A DNA stretch of 32,000 nucleotides from Okeania sp. (GCF_035285525.1 NZ_JAYKGW010000019.1:4890-36889); one strand, 5' to 3'; counted from the stretch's first letter, positions 1 to 9,887 are shown. Notes: generated by a model not told the origin, from the sequence alone. Program-made: numbers and translations.

Positions 1-22
1 CTGACTGCCATATTCAATCGAC

Positions 23-916
23 TTAAACCTTTCTTTCCCTTCTACCGTCTGCCTTCTGCCTTCCTGAATATCCTAAACTGATTGTACCTGGCTTTAGATA
101 TATTTCTGATTTTTCAGGAACCTTAGAGGCGACTAACTCTGGATTAATTTTTACTTTTAATTCTCCACTATTTGTCACTCCGACAACTGTACCAATACAA
201 TTTTCTACTACCACTTCCTGCCCCATATTTATTAGTAGTTGAGTATAGCTAGGTAAAATACTCTCTATTCCTAATTCTAAAAGTTGTCTAATAGCAGAAT
301 CTACTCCATAAAAAACTATTGCAGCTAACATTTCCAAAGAAGATATTTCCGGTTGCAACTGATTTCTATAGTAGTATTGCAGATTAGTACCTGTATCTGG
401 GAAAGAATTATTCCAGTTAATTCCAATACCAATTATTGCCCAAACAATTTTTTCTTTTTTGACTCTAGTTTCTGTGAGGATACCGCCTAATTTTCGATTT
501 TCTAAGATTAAATCGTTAGGCCACTTAATTTTAACTGGTACGCCATAATCCTGTAAACTTGAGGCAATACCCCAAGCTGTAGATAATGTCAATTGTGAGG
601 TTTGGGATATTGATATATCAGAAGTAATATTGCATCCATATCCTGGGGCAAATGCTACTGAAATATACAGTCCGCCAATATCTGATATCCAGGTGCGTCC
701 CCATTGACCCCGCCCTGCGGTTTGTTGAGTGGCGATAACTACGGTTCCTGGTGATGCTCCTGAGTCAATGAGTTGCCAAAGAGTTTGATTTGTTGAGGGA
801 AGAGTGGAAAAAATGTGGAGATGATCTAGGTTGAAAGAATTGGATATTTCGGATACTCTAGATTCCTGAATATTTGATAAAGAGTTAATGAATTTTTGCT
901 GATTAAATTCTGACAA
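23..916 (-). CDS. birA: biotin--[acetyl-CoA-carboxylase] ligase (class I, no N-terminal HTH)
   Basis: The 297-aa ORF carries the biotin-ligase signature GRGQWGRTW (GRGRxGRxW type) and KWPNDL. The last ~14 codons (RQKADGRRERKV) are encoded by AGGCAGA-type heptamer repeats. Confidence 0.85.
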   Translation of the reverse strand: MSEFNQQKFINSLSNIQESRVSEISNSFNLDHLHIFSTLPSTNQTLWQLIDSGASPGTVVIATQQTAGRGQWGRTWISDIGGLYISVAFAPGYGCNITSDISISQTSQLTLSTAWGIASSLQDYGVPVKIKWPNDLILENRKLGGILTETRVKKEKIVWAIIGIGINWNNSFPDTGTNLQYYYRNQLQPEISSLEMLAAIVFYGVDSAIRQLLELGIESILPSYTQLLINMGQEVVVENCIGTVVGVTNSGELKVKINPELVASKVPEKSEIYLKPGTISLGYSGRQKADGRRERKV

Positions 917-940
917 TTTTTTTACTGGATACTTATCTAT

Positions 941-980
941 AATTGATAATTAATAATGGATAATGGATAATTGATAATTT
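941..980. repeat. STRR heptamer array (AATTGAT/AATGGAT, about 5.5 units)
   Basis: A 7-nt period is read directly: aattgat aattaat aatggat aatggat aattgat aattt. Confidence 0.8.
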
Positions 981-1445
981 AGGACTTATGCAGAAACTGG
1001 GTTTCTTTAGGGAAATTTTATGGTTTGAACAACAATATGATGGCAATAAACCCGGTTTCTTAGTTACTTTGTGTCAGTCCTGTCAAGAATGGATGATTAT
1101 ATCAGGACTGACCTATGGGAAACCCGGTTTCTTGGGTAAATCATTGTTTTAGACAATAAACATCTATAAGAAACCGGGTTTCTGAGTTCGGTATTATTTC
1201 ATAATTTGCGTAATTCCTAACTATATTAGGACTGACCCATGGGCAACCCGGTTTCTTGGGTAATATCAAATTCGGTAGTATCGGTAAAATTCACTCTCTG
1301 TACGGGTTGGGTCTCCAAACCCTATACAAGCTAGGAGTCTTAGCCAATACTGATGGTAGAACCTTATTCTCCAAAGCCAGCGGATTTGATATAAACCATT
1401 GTTTTAGACAATAAACATCCACAAGAAACCGGGTTTCTGACTTCC
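981..1445. repeat. cluster of small dispersed repeats and MITE-like units carrying six copies of the palindrome AGAAACCGGGTTTCT or close variants
   Basis: AGGACTTATGCA...TGTGTCAGTCCT inverted ends lie at 981-1081. AGGACTGACCyATGGGmAACCCGGTTTCTTGGGTAA occurs twice (about 1101-1140 and 1227-1266). CATTGTTTTAGACAATAAACATCyAyAAGAAACCGGGTTTCTGA occurs twice (about 1142-1186 and 1397-1440). Confidence 0.75.
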
Positions 1446-1597
1446 CGTGACTTTATTCCTGTATATAAAATCTGGTTGTACAGTAATCGCAAAATTACTT
1501 CCTATCGATACAGATGTTCTATTAAGTACAAATGCAGCATACCTAAGAAGGATGGCAAAATAGTAAATCAAAACTACAAAAAATAATTTTCATCCTG

Positions 1598-2434
1598 ATG
1601 ACTATAAACAACTCTGATTCACAAACATTAAACAAATCCTACCAAGCTTTGAGTAAAAATGATGTAACTTGGCATTGGCAAAAATGGCAAGGACTACCTT
1701 ACCTAACCTGTAGTCTTTTACAAAATTGGCCTCATGGTTTCTTTACTAACCATTTTTTCCCCAATACACCAATAGAACTAACAAATATACTACATTCTGA
1801 TGCTGAAGTCTATCGTGTCAAGCAAGTACATGGCAATACCGTACTTAAAGCTGAAAAATCTACTTTGGCAACTGAAGAAAATTATGCAGAAGCAGATGGT
1901 CTAATCACAGAAAAAGCTAAACAAGCAGTTTGGGCATGTAGTGCTGACTGTGTTCCGGTTCTTATTGCTGACCAAAAAACTGGACAAGTGGCAGCCGTTC
2001 ATGCCGGGTGGCGTGGTACTGCTGCCAAAATTGTGTCGGTGGCCTTAGCAGGTCTTGAGGCCCAGGGTAGTCAATTATCTGATTTATTAATTGTACTTGG
2101 TCCTGCCATTGCTGGAGAAGTTTATCAAGTTTCTGAAGAAGTGGCAGCTCAGGTAGGAGAGACTATTTTTCCAGAAACAAATAAAGCAAATGTTGAAGAA
2201 ATTTTGAATTTTATGAATCTTCTGCCTCACCCCCCAATTTTATCTGATCCTGAACCGGGAAAAGTTCGTTTAGATGTCCGTATAGTCAATATTTTACAAT
2301 TGGAAAAATTAGGTATTGGTAAGGAGCAAGTAGCGATCGCTCCTTATTGTACATATCAACAACCGGACTACTTTTTCTCTTATCGACGGGAAAAACAAAA
2401 AAAGGTGCAGTGGTCAGGAATAGTTAGTGGCTAA
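1598..2434 (+). CDS. pgeF: peptidoglycan editing factor PgeF / YfiH (DUF152, laccase-like) family protein
   Basis: The 278-aa ORF has the family-typical motifs QVHGN, ADCVP, VHAGWRGT and a C-terminal CTY...FFSYRR. Confidence 0.8.
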   Translation: MTINNSDSQTLNKSYQALSKNDVTWHWQKWQGLPYLTCSLLQNWPHGFFTNHFFPNTPIELTNILHSDAEVYRVKQVHGNTVLKAEKSTLATEENYAEADGLITEKAKQAVWACSADCVPVLIADQKTGQVAAVHAGWRGTAAKIVSVALAGLEAQGSQLSDLLIVLGPAIAGEVYQVSEEVAAQVGETIFPETNKANVEEILNFMNLLPHPPILSDPEPGKVRLDVRIVNILQLEKLGIGKEQVAIAPYCTYQQPDYFFSYRREKQKKVQWSGIVSG

Positions 2435-2500
2435 GATTTTTTTAGGGAATAGGGAACGCTTAACAGGGAACAGGTGGGAACTCCAGTTTTTTTTATTTAT

Positions 2501-2591
2501 AGGACTTACGCAAAATAACGTGTTTCTGTCATTGCGAGCGACAGTGAAGCAATCTCAAATGCCCAATACTCTTTCCCAATGTGTAAGTCCT
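2501..2591. mobile_element. MITE-like element with AGGACTTACGCA / TGTGTAAGTCCT inverted ends and a nested CATTGCGAG...GAAGCAATC unit
   Basis: The inverted ends are read directly. The same termini occur at 981-1081 and 23270-23319, with a half copy near 16098. Confidence 0.6.
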
Positions 2592-2823
2592 GATTTACTT
2601 TTTGATTACCCGCAACTGATTTAGGATTGCCATACGTCCGGATAATCATCAAAAAAATTATCCCTTCTCACCTTTTCTTTCCTTCTGCCTTCAGCATAGC
2701 TGCCTTCTGCCTTCTTTCTCCAAAGTGTAAATATTCAACCAGAGATGATATTAGAAGTGGATAAGATTAAAATACTATAATCAAATATTGTGTGACAATT
2801 TAAAAATTTATTAATAAATTCCG

Positions 2824-3432
2824 ATGAGCAACCAGAGTCATTATCAACAACTTGGTCTTACTGAAGATGCTTCTTTTGAAGAAATTCAAGCTGCAAAGGA
2901 ACATTTAAAGCAAAAGCATGGTGACAATCAGAAAATAATAGAGAATATTGAAGCTGCTTATGATGCTATCTTGATGGATCGTCTAAGGTTACGTCAAGAA
3001 GGAAAAATTAAAGTGCCTGAAGGTATTCGATATCCAGAGAAACAACCAAAAAAAGCTCCTGATACCTCAAATTTTAGGCCAATTAATCAAACCCCGGTTT
3101 GGGTACAAAATTTAATTGACACTCCTAGTCAAGCAGATATTTTATGGCCTAGTGGTATATATGTTGTATTAGGGACAATTAGTATTTATTCTGGTAATCA
3201 ATCTTCTTCTTTGCAGCTAACTTTGGCTTTCGCAGTTGGTAGTTGTCTTTATTTTCTTAACCGCAAAGAAAATAAGTTGGGTCGAGCTGTTTTATTAACA
3301 GTTAGTGGTTTAGTTTTTGGATTAATTTTAGGAGGAATATTAACTTCTTTAGCAACTGGTTTAACCGCAGAAGTATTTATTACTTTGGTAACTTTTTTGG
3401 TGTTGTGGATGATTAGTTGTTTTTTACGTTAA
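2824..3432 (+). CDS. J-like domain membrane protein (CPP1/CDF1-like, DUF3353 type)
   Basis: The N-terminal J-like helix pattern YQQLGL...FEEIQAAK is present but has no HPD tripeptide (KHGDNQ instead). The C-terminal half has 3-4 hydrophobic helices. The family assignment is from pattern memory. Confidence 0.6.
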   Translation: MSNQSHYQQLGLTEDASFEEIQAAKEHLKQKHGDNQKIIENIEAAYDAILMDRLRLRQEGKIKVPEGIRYPEKQPKKAPDTSNFRPINQTPVWVQNLIDTPSQADILWPSGIYVVLGTISIYSGNQSSSLQLTLAFAVGSCLYFLNRKENKLGRAVLLTVSGLVFGLILGGILTSLATGLTAEVFITLVTFLVLWMISCFLR

Positions 3433-3622
3433 TTTCTGGCAAGAAGGAATAAGGAATAAGGAAAGTGGATAATGGATAATGGATAATAGATAATTAATTT
3501 CCAGAGTTTTCCAACTTTTCCTTTTCAGGAGAAAAAGAAATCAGATTTCTGTACTTAATTTAATCCTCTCGGTTTTAACCAAAGGTAATTTTTCATTATT
3601 CACTGGGGAAAAAAAATTACTC

Positions 3623-3691
3623 CCCTACTCCCTACTCCCTACTCCCTACTCCCTACTCCCTACTCCCTACTCCCTACTCCCTACTCCCTAC
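3623..3691. repeat. STRR heptamer array (CCCTACT, about 10 units)
   Basis: A perfect 7-nt period is read directly. It overlaps the stop codon (cta at 3681-3683) of the downstream minus-strand gene. Confidence 0.95.
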
Positions 3692-5333
3692 CTTTATTAA
3701 TTACCCAAAAAGGAAATTGCTGAGTAGGTTCTAAACTAACTCCACTAATATTCTTCTGAGCAAATACATAATCTTTATCTAACCATAATGGAATAAAAGG
3801 AACATCTTCTCCTAATAATTCTTGAATTTCTATGAAAATAGCTTCTCGCTTTTCTGGGTTTTGTTCTTGACGTTGTTGTTGAATTAATTTATTTATCCGC
3901 TCGTTATAATAAAATGAACCTTGAAATTGACTAGCTCCTTCTTCACAACCTTTTTCTTTTGAACCTTTAGTACATTCTAAAAATGGTTGGATATAATTAT
4001 CCGCATCCACAAAATCTCCATACCAATCTAAAATAAAAGTTGGATATACCCCTTTATCTAAATTATTAAACGCAGTAGCTGCTTCTACACTATTCAATTC
4101 TAACTCCATTAAACCTTCTAACTTTTGCTCTACAGATGCTTTTAATGTACTAGCAGTTAATTGTCTTTTCGTAGAATTTGCAGCATACCAAATTTCTATT
4201 TGAGCAGGGTTTTCCGAAGAATATCCTGCCCCTTCTAACAAATCCTTAGCTTTGTCAAAATTTCCATCCCCATAATTTTCTTGAAACACTGGTTTATAGC
4301 CATCAAATTTTGTTGGAATTAGACTATAAACTGGTTCACCTTTTCCTTGTAAAACTCGTTCATTTAACAATTTTCTATCAATAATAGATGCTAAAGCTTG
4401 TCTCACAGCTTTATTATTTAATGGTTCTAAATTAAGATTTAAAACCATATAATTAACCGTCTTACCATCTGTAGAAACTACTTTCCATCCTTGACGACTA
4501 GCTTCTGTTTCTAAATTAGTAATTTGGTCAGTATCTAGAGAACCATAAGCTACATCAATAGCTCCTGTTTTAAAAGCATTAAAAAGGTTAGCTGAACTAG
4601 AAAATATTTGCAAATCAATTCCTTCATTTTTGGCTTTTTCTCCCCAATAATTTTCAAATACATCTAATCGTAAAACATCAGTACCATACTCAGCTAATTT
4701 ATAAGGACCAGTACCAACAAATGTATCAGGTTGAAATTGATTTTGACCTATTGCATAGCTTTGAGGAGAAATTGCGCATAGACCAGAAAATGCTAATAAA
4801 GGAGTGAAAGCTGCAAAAGGTTTTTTCAACTTAATTGTTAATTGATATTCTCCAGTCGCTTCTACTGACTCAACAGTATTATTTAATAAAGAAGATGGTG
4901 GCCCCGCACTAGCAATAAAACGATTCAAGGAAAAGGCCATTGCTTCAGCATTGAAAGGAGTGCCATCATGGAAGATTACCCCTTGACGAATAGGAATAGT
5001 ATATGTTATGCCATCTGCACTAATTTTTGGCATTTCTGTTGCTAGTTGGGGTACAAGTTCCGTTGTTCCTAAATTGTAACCGTAGAGGCGATCGCCTAAG
5101 TTATAGAGTAAGTTACCAGATATTACTTCGTAGGCATCTGCCGGGTCAATAGTACGAGGTTTTAATGTTGTGCCGATAGTAATTCTATCTGTATCTGTTT
5201 GTGTAGTTAGGCTATTATTTTGAGGTTGACTACAACTAATTACCAGAAAGCAGCAAAGACAAAACAAACCAACAAATTGAATGATAGACTGCCTAGAATG
5301 GTTGATAAAGTTAAATGATTTATGTTTGACCAA
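3681..5333 (-). CDS. ABC transporter substrate-binding lipoprotein, family 5 (peptide/nickel type)
   Basis: The 550-aa ORF has a signal peptide with lipobox LVISC and the length and composition typical of SBP_bac_5. No permease or ATPase genes are adjacent. Confidence 0.8.
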   Translation of the reverse strand: MVKHKSFNFINHSRQSIIQFVGLFCLCCFLVISCSQPQNNSLTTQTDTDRITIGTTLKPRTIDPADAYEVISGNLLYNLGDRLYGYNLGTTELVPQLATEMPKISADGITYTIPIRQGVIFHDGTPFNAEAMAFSLNRFIASAGPPSSLLNNTVESVEATGEYQLTIKLKKPFAAFTPLLAFSGLCAISPQSYAIGQNQFQPDTFVGTGPYKLAEYGTDVLRLDVFENYWGEKAKNEGIDLQIFSSSANLFNAFKTGAIDVAYGSLDTDQITNLETEASRQGWKVVSTDGKTVNYMVLNLNLEPLNNKAVRQALASIIDRKLLNERVLQGKGEPVYSLIPTKFDGYKPVFQENYGDGNFDKAKDLLEGAGYSSENPAQIEIWYAANSTKRQLTASTLKASVEQKLEGLMELELNSVEAATAFNNLDKGVYPTFILDWYGDFVDADNYIQPFLECTKGSKEKGCEEGASQFQGSFYYNERINKLIQQQRQEQNPEKREAIFIEIQELLGEDVPFIPLWLDKDYVFAQKNISGVSLEPTQQFPFWVINKGRE

Positions 5334-5388
5334 TTTGACTATTTACCTCTCTAAATATCTGAATAATATAGCTTTAACATATTAGGTA

Positions 5389-5651
5389 CAAAGTAAGCAT
5401 TCAGCAGTTAGCTATCAGCTCTCAGTTTCATTACCTTTAAAGGAGAAAAAAAGCAATTTAGAAATTTCCAAGAATTACAAAGTATGGGTATAAAGTCCAT
5501 CAGCTAATCTTAGTATTCTATCAAAGTAAGCATTCAGCTCTCAGCTATCAGCTCTTAGCTTCATTACCTGCAAAGGAGGAAAAAGCAATTGAGAGATTTC
5601 CAAGAATTAAAAGTATGGGTAAAATCCCATTAGTTAACCTTAATAGTCTAT
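5389..5651. repeat. tandem duplication, 2 x ~133 bp
   Basis: Copy 1 starts at 5389 and copy 2 at 5522, both with caaagtaagcattcagc. Both run through ...aaaggagraaaaagcaattkagaratttccaagaatta-aaagtatgggta... with scattered substitutions. Confidence 0.85.
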
Positions 5652-6272
5652 TGAACCACATAGTTTATTAAAAAGCTGAAAATGGCTTTAAATTAATATA
5701 ATCTTCAAAGTCGGCTTTGATAGTAAGATTCAATTTACCTCAACTAATAAAGCTTTTTTCTCAAATTAAAATCTCCTTTAGGAAGAAGTAATTAGGGTTT
5801 GCTGGAAAAGTCTTTTTGTCAGGAAGGAGTCAGAAGTCAGCAATCCTTCAATCCAGTAGAATTAGGGAATTTACAGAAGACAGGAGGAAAAATTATCCCT
5901 GATTTTTTCTGCCAAAGCAAACCTAAATTCTAGCTTTTTTTTGCCAATTTAAAAGCAAAAAGGTTGTACTTTTTTCCAACCTAAAAATCCTAAAATCTTT
6001 ATATATGAATGCTTTCATATTTAATCAGCAACCCCTAATTATTAATGATCTATTAATTGATATATATCATAAAAATGGTAAGTAGTGTATTAATTATTTA
6101 TTATTTATTATTATTGATAAATCGGATTTAGTTTTAATCTATGATTAAGAACTAATAGCTAATAGCTGACTGTTTACAAGTTAAGAATTATCACAGATCT
6201 TAGATAAACTGAGACATTAATGTTTAAAATTTAACCTAATCAGAAAACTCTTTTTCTTGACTTTCAAAATCT

Positions 6273-6779
6273 ATGTCTAATTGTAAAAATAACAATAAAA
6301 TTTTTAGCATTGAAGAAGTTTATAATTGCCCTGTTTGTTATCATGGTGAAATTTCAGCAATTACTTTAATGGATGCTTTTTCTTGCAACTTTTGTCACCA
6401 TATTTTTAGCGCAGATATGGAAAAACAATCATTGAAAATAGCAGATAGTTCTTCTCCTTTAAGCTGGAAATGGAATGGTAAAAAATGGAAAGCAGATCAT
6501 CCTCAAGCAGAATGGAATTGGATGATCCAATTATTAGCAGTTGGTTTTGTATTATTACCGACTATGTTAATAGGATTAAGTGCTTATTTTTTTACTCCAA
6601 TACCTGGTACTCCTTTATGTTGGCTACCGATTTTTTGGACAGTTTTAACTTTTCTATCTCATTTAGTTATTATTATTAATATTGTAGTTGATTATTATCA
6701 ATTTCCAGTCAAGTTATACTTGAAAGCACTAGGACGAAATTTATGGTTTTGGATTTCACTACAAAATTATTCAACATAA
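6273..6779 (+). CDS. hypothetical membrane protein with N-terminal CxxC...CxxC zinc-ribbon
   Basis: The 168-aa ORF has CPVC and CNFC pairs 17 residues apart, followed by two or three hydrophobic helices. No family was recognised. Confidence 0.55.
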   Translation: MSNCKNNNKIFSIEEVYNCPVCYHGEISAITLMDAFSCNFCHHIFSADMEKQSLKIADSSSPLSWKWNGKKWKADHPQAEWNWMIQLLAVGFVLLPTMLIGLSAYFFTPIPGTPLCWLPIFWTVLTFLSHLVIIINIVVDYYQFPVKLYLKALGRNLWFWISLQNYST

Positions 6780-6927
6780 ATTTTCAGTTAATAATTCAGC
6801 TATCAGCTCTTAGCTATTTATTTTAATTTGAGATAAAAGCTTGATTAATTGAAGTAAATCGTAAACTAATTTTTTTCTCACAAATCATTTCTTGTGGCTA
6901 TCACTAAGGTAATATTTAAAAATTAAA

Positions 6928-7560
6928 TTAACCAAAAATAGCATTAATTAAAACATCACTTAAATTCATATTTTCTAAGTCCATAATAGTAACAGTATTG
7001 CAAATATCAAATTTAGCACCTACTGCTTGTAACTGATTATCTAATAATTTAAAAAACTTAGTAACTTCAGGTTTATCTCCTACCTGAATAAGTGAAATAC
7101 CTAACTCTTCATCTTGCTCTAAATTATTACTAGCAGAAATAATAATTTGCTTAACTCGCTCAGGTTCTTCTATTTCACCTGCTGTAATAACTAAAATAGT
7201 TTCCCCATTAGGTTTTGCTATCTTCAGAGCGCGTCGCTGAAAATAATTATTAATAGCATCCTGAAGAGCATCTGCTAAATTAGTTTTGCCAGAAGGTTGA
7301 TTTTCCAGGAAAATTTGAGCTAAATCAGTCGATGTTACTCGGTCATATCGTTGAAAATAGTCTGAGAATAAGTAAACCGTTAATCCATCTAAATCTAGTT
7401 TCTCACATTCAGTTGCTAATCTAATCATAGAATCTTGCATTAAATCCCATGCTCTGCTACCTATAGAAGAACTAGATATACACATATCGTTACTTTTATC
7501 AATTATTAAGGTGTAATCACGCTCTTGTATAGCAGCACCACCTTCTAATAATGGGTCCAT
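6928..7560 (-). CDS. small stand-alone von Willebrand factor A (VWA) domain protein
   Basis: The 210-aa ORF has a Rossmann-like beta-alpha pattern. MIDAS-position residues are DKSND, GKTNL and ITAGE, so the MIDAS is partly degenerate. Confidence 0.7.
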   Translation of the reverse strand: MDPLLEGGAAIQERDYTLIIDKSNDMCISSSSIGSRAWDLMQDSMIRLATECEKLDLDGLTVYLFSDYFQRYDRVTSTDLAQIFLENQPSGKTNLADALQDAINNYFQRRALKIAKPNGETILVITAGEIEEPERVKQIIISASNNLEQDEELGISLIQVGDKPEVTKFFKLLDNQLQAVGAKFDICNTVTIMDLENMNLSDVLINAIFG

Positions 7561-8739
7561 AATCAGGTAAATTTCCTTTGTGAGACAAAGATAGGCTATA
7601 CTATTTTACATAGGTCAAAAGTTAAAAGTAGGATTTTATTAGCTTAAAACTTTGACGCTACTGTAATTTATGAAAATTATTTCATATTTGAGTATGAGAT
7701 AATTAGGGTAGCCTAAGTTGATGAAGTTGGTATAAATATTTTAGTCTCAAGATGCAAAACTTGACACTTCCCCAATTAAATCAAAGCCTTGTTATTGATC
7801 GGTAGTTTGTATTAAGTTCCTGATGTGATTGAGGAATAAAATTTATTCTATTCCTTAATTTCCTCTTCGTAAGTAAGAGCAATTTTTTTAACGATACTCC
7901 GTACTCTCCTTAGATTAAGAATTTGATTGGTTTGAGATTGTATGATCTCGTTGGTAGTTATTAATATTTTTTCTAATTAAGCAACTAGGGTAAAAGTTTC
8001 AAATCTAAATATTTACAATTTTTTAGCTTTGATAATATGTTTTTTCCGGAAAAGATGCTAAGTCACACAGAAATTAATAATTAGAGTTGTTTGAAATATT
8101 TTGTGTAGGCATTCAGCTATAGTTTTTAGTGGAAGTTCAAAAGGAAAACAAGCAAGTTATTATTGCTGCCTATCCCTAATAGCTAGTTGCTAATAGCTTG
8201 TGTAATGGAACTAACTGAATTTTTTTCGAGTCTATTTTTATAGTAGATATAGCAATTCTAACATTGGTTGTGAAAATTTTTCTCCCTCCAATATATAGTG
8301 AAGTGAAAATTCTGAAAATTATAGCTTCTGACTGTAGGTTTGTCATCCGAAAATTTCCCCATCTGTACTTCACAAATCGAACAACTTCCCTGCCTAACTC
8401 CTAACTCCTACCAAAATATTACGATTGAAATAGGATTGCTGTATATTTGTAATGTCTGCTACGAATAAGACCGAAAAAATTCAAGTCCGCTTCAGCTGTG
8501 ATGGGCAGAAAGTTAAAACATTTCACTTAGTCAATGTTATAACTTAGCATAACCTAGCAAACCATTGAAATAAACTATTTATTGATTAATTTCTCAAAGC
8601 GGAATAAAAAATATAACTATAACTTGCATCTCCATCGTCTAAACCACTTATTATAATTTCATAGCTCCGGAATAAAACCCCACCTAAACTAACACAAATA
8701 AGCGAAGCAAAACCTATAAATAATCAAAGGATATTAACT

Positions 8740-9306
8740 ATGAAATCTAACTCTAAAAATAATGAACCGGATGGCAATGAACAAGTTCCTCAGAAATCGC
8801 CTCATCCTTTTTTACTATCATTAATTTTAACTGGAATCTTAGCTGCTGAAGCATATCCAAATCTCACTGAAACAGCAATTGCTTCTGTAAAAGTTCTGCA
8901 ATCTTCTCAAGTAGAGATAACTAGCCAAATTACTACTAAAACTGATAGATTTGTTAATATTGAGCAAACCTCTGTCAATGGAAGCTTTGATAATGTCAAA
9001 AAGTTGAGTAAACCAATCTTTAACTTGGCAGAAAAACTTACTAATCAAGTTAAAAAAATTCCTCATGGTATAATTGAAGCTGTTTACCAAGATTTAGAGA
9101 ATCGAATCGGCATTGTCCCGGAAACGATTAAAGTTAATGCAGTCAGTCAAGAGACTTGGCCAAATACTTGTTTAGGATTAGCTAAAAATGATGAACTTTG
9201 TGGCCAAAGATTAGTAGAAGGTTGGCGTCTTATTTTGTCTAATGGTAAAGATCAATGGATTTATCGTACAGACAATAGAGGCAAGTTGATGAGACTAGAA
9301 ATCTAA
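8740..9306 (+). CDS. hypothetical secreted or membrane-anchored protein
   Basis: The 188-aa ORF has an N-terminal hydrophobic segment FLLSLILTGILAA and a C-terminal Cys pair (NTCLGLAKNDELCGQ). An AAAGGA lies 8 nt before the ATG. Confidence 0.55.
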   Translation: MKSNSKNNEPDGNEQVPQKSPHPFLLSLILTGILAAEAYPNLTETAIASVKVLQSSQVEITSQITTKTDRFVNIEQTSVNGSFDNVKKLSKPIFNLAEKLTNQVKKIPHGIIEAVYQDLENRIGIVPETIKVNAVSQETWPNTCLGLAKNDELCGQRLVEGWRLILSNGKDQWIYRTDNRGKLMRLEI

Positions 9307-9419
9307 AATTCCAGGTAGTAAGGAAGTAGAATTTAAGGTTGTAGGGGTTTGGTCTCTAAACCCTCTACAAACTATCAACTTTCGCTCTTTTCTGATGGTA
9401 GAATTTTATTCTCCAATTT

Positions 9420-9570
9420 ATCGGGAACCGTAGCCAGTGGGTTTGATCTTATGAGGTATAAGGTACACCTGTCGTGGCCAAGATGCCCATACTACAATAA
9501 TTTTACCAAAAAAAGAGGTATCAAGCCTCTCCTTTTAAGGGGACGAAAAAATTTTAACACGGTTCCCGAT
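9420..9570. mobile_element. MITE-like insertion bounded by ATCGGGAACCGT / ACGGTTCCCGAT inverted ends
   Basis: The 12-nt inverted ends are read directly. The element interrupts a repeat unit that is uninterrupted at 1345-1395. Solo ACGGTTCCCGAT copies lie at about 13808, with a variant near 25253. Confidence 0.45.
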
Positions 9571-9586
9571 CAATCAGTATTTCAAG

Positions 9587-9606
9587 CCTCCGAATTTAGT
9601 CGGAGG
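9587..9606 (+). terminator. hairpin CCTCCGA-atttag-TCGGAGG followed by a weak T-rich tail
   Basis: The 7-bp perfect stem is read directly. The U-tract is poor (ttcattctc) and it lies 280 nt downstream of the nearest plus-strand CDS. Confidence 0.3.
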
Positions 9607-9887
9607 TTCATTCTCTACTGATAACTGATAACTGAAATGACCATTCACACCTTGTACCTCATTTGTCGGAAACCTGCTGTAAATTACGTTAGTAGAAGCA
9701 GTAGGGACATTATATGCAACGTCTGTACTGCTTGTTATGACTTATATAGGTTTTATGAAGCAGTAACAGGAATTATGCAAACCAACCAAGAAATTAGGTT
9801 TATTGGCTCTTTCAAACAATAAAATTTTATTAATAGACCAGGTTTATATCTAATATTCTTACCTGGATTCAGTAAATATAACTTTAA

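Noticed and set aside
2427-2624. 65-aa ORF downstream of pgeF. The same reasoning applies to 9349-9621, 9637-9822, 10089-10274, 14258-14440, 15804-16019 and 8176-8373.
   Set aside because: These reading frames run through recognisable non-coding repeats (AGGACTTACGCA MITE, CATTGCGAG element, GTAGGGGTTTGG element, AGGCAGA heptamers). They are best explained as chance ORFs in AT-rich repeat DNA.
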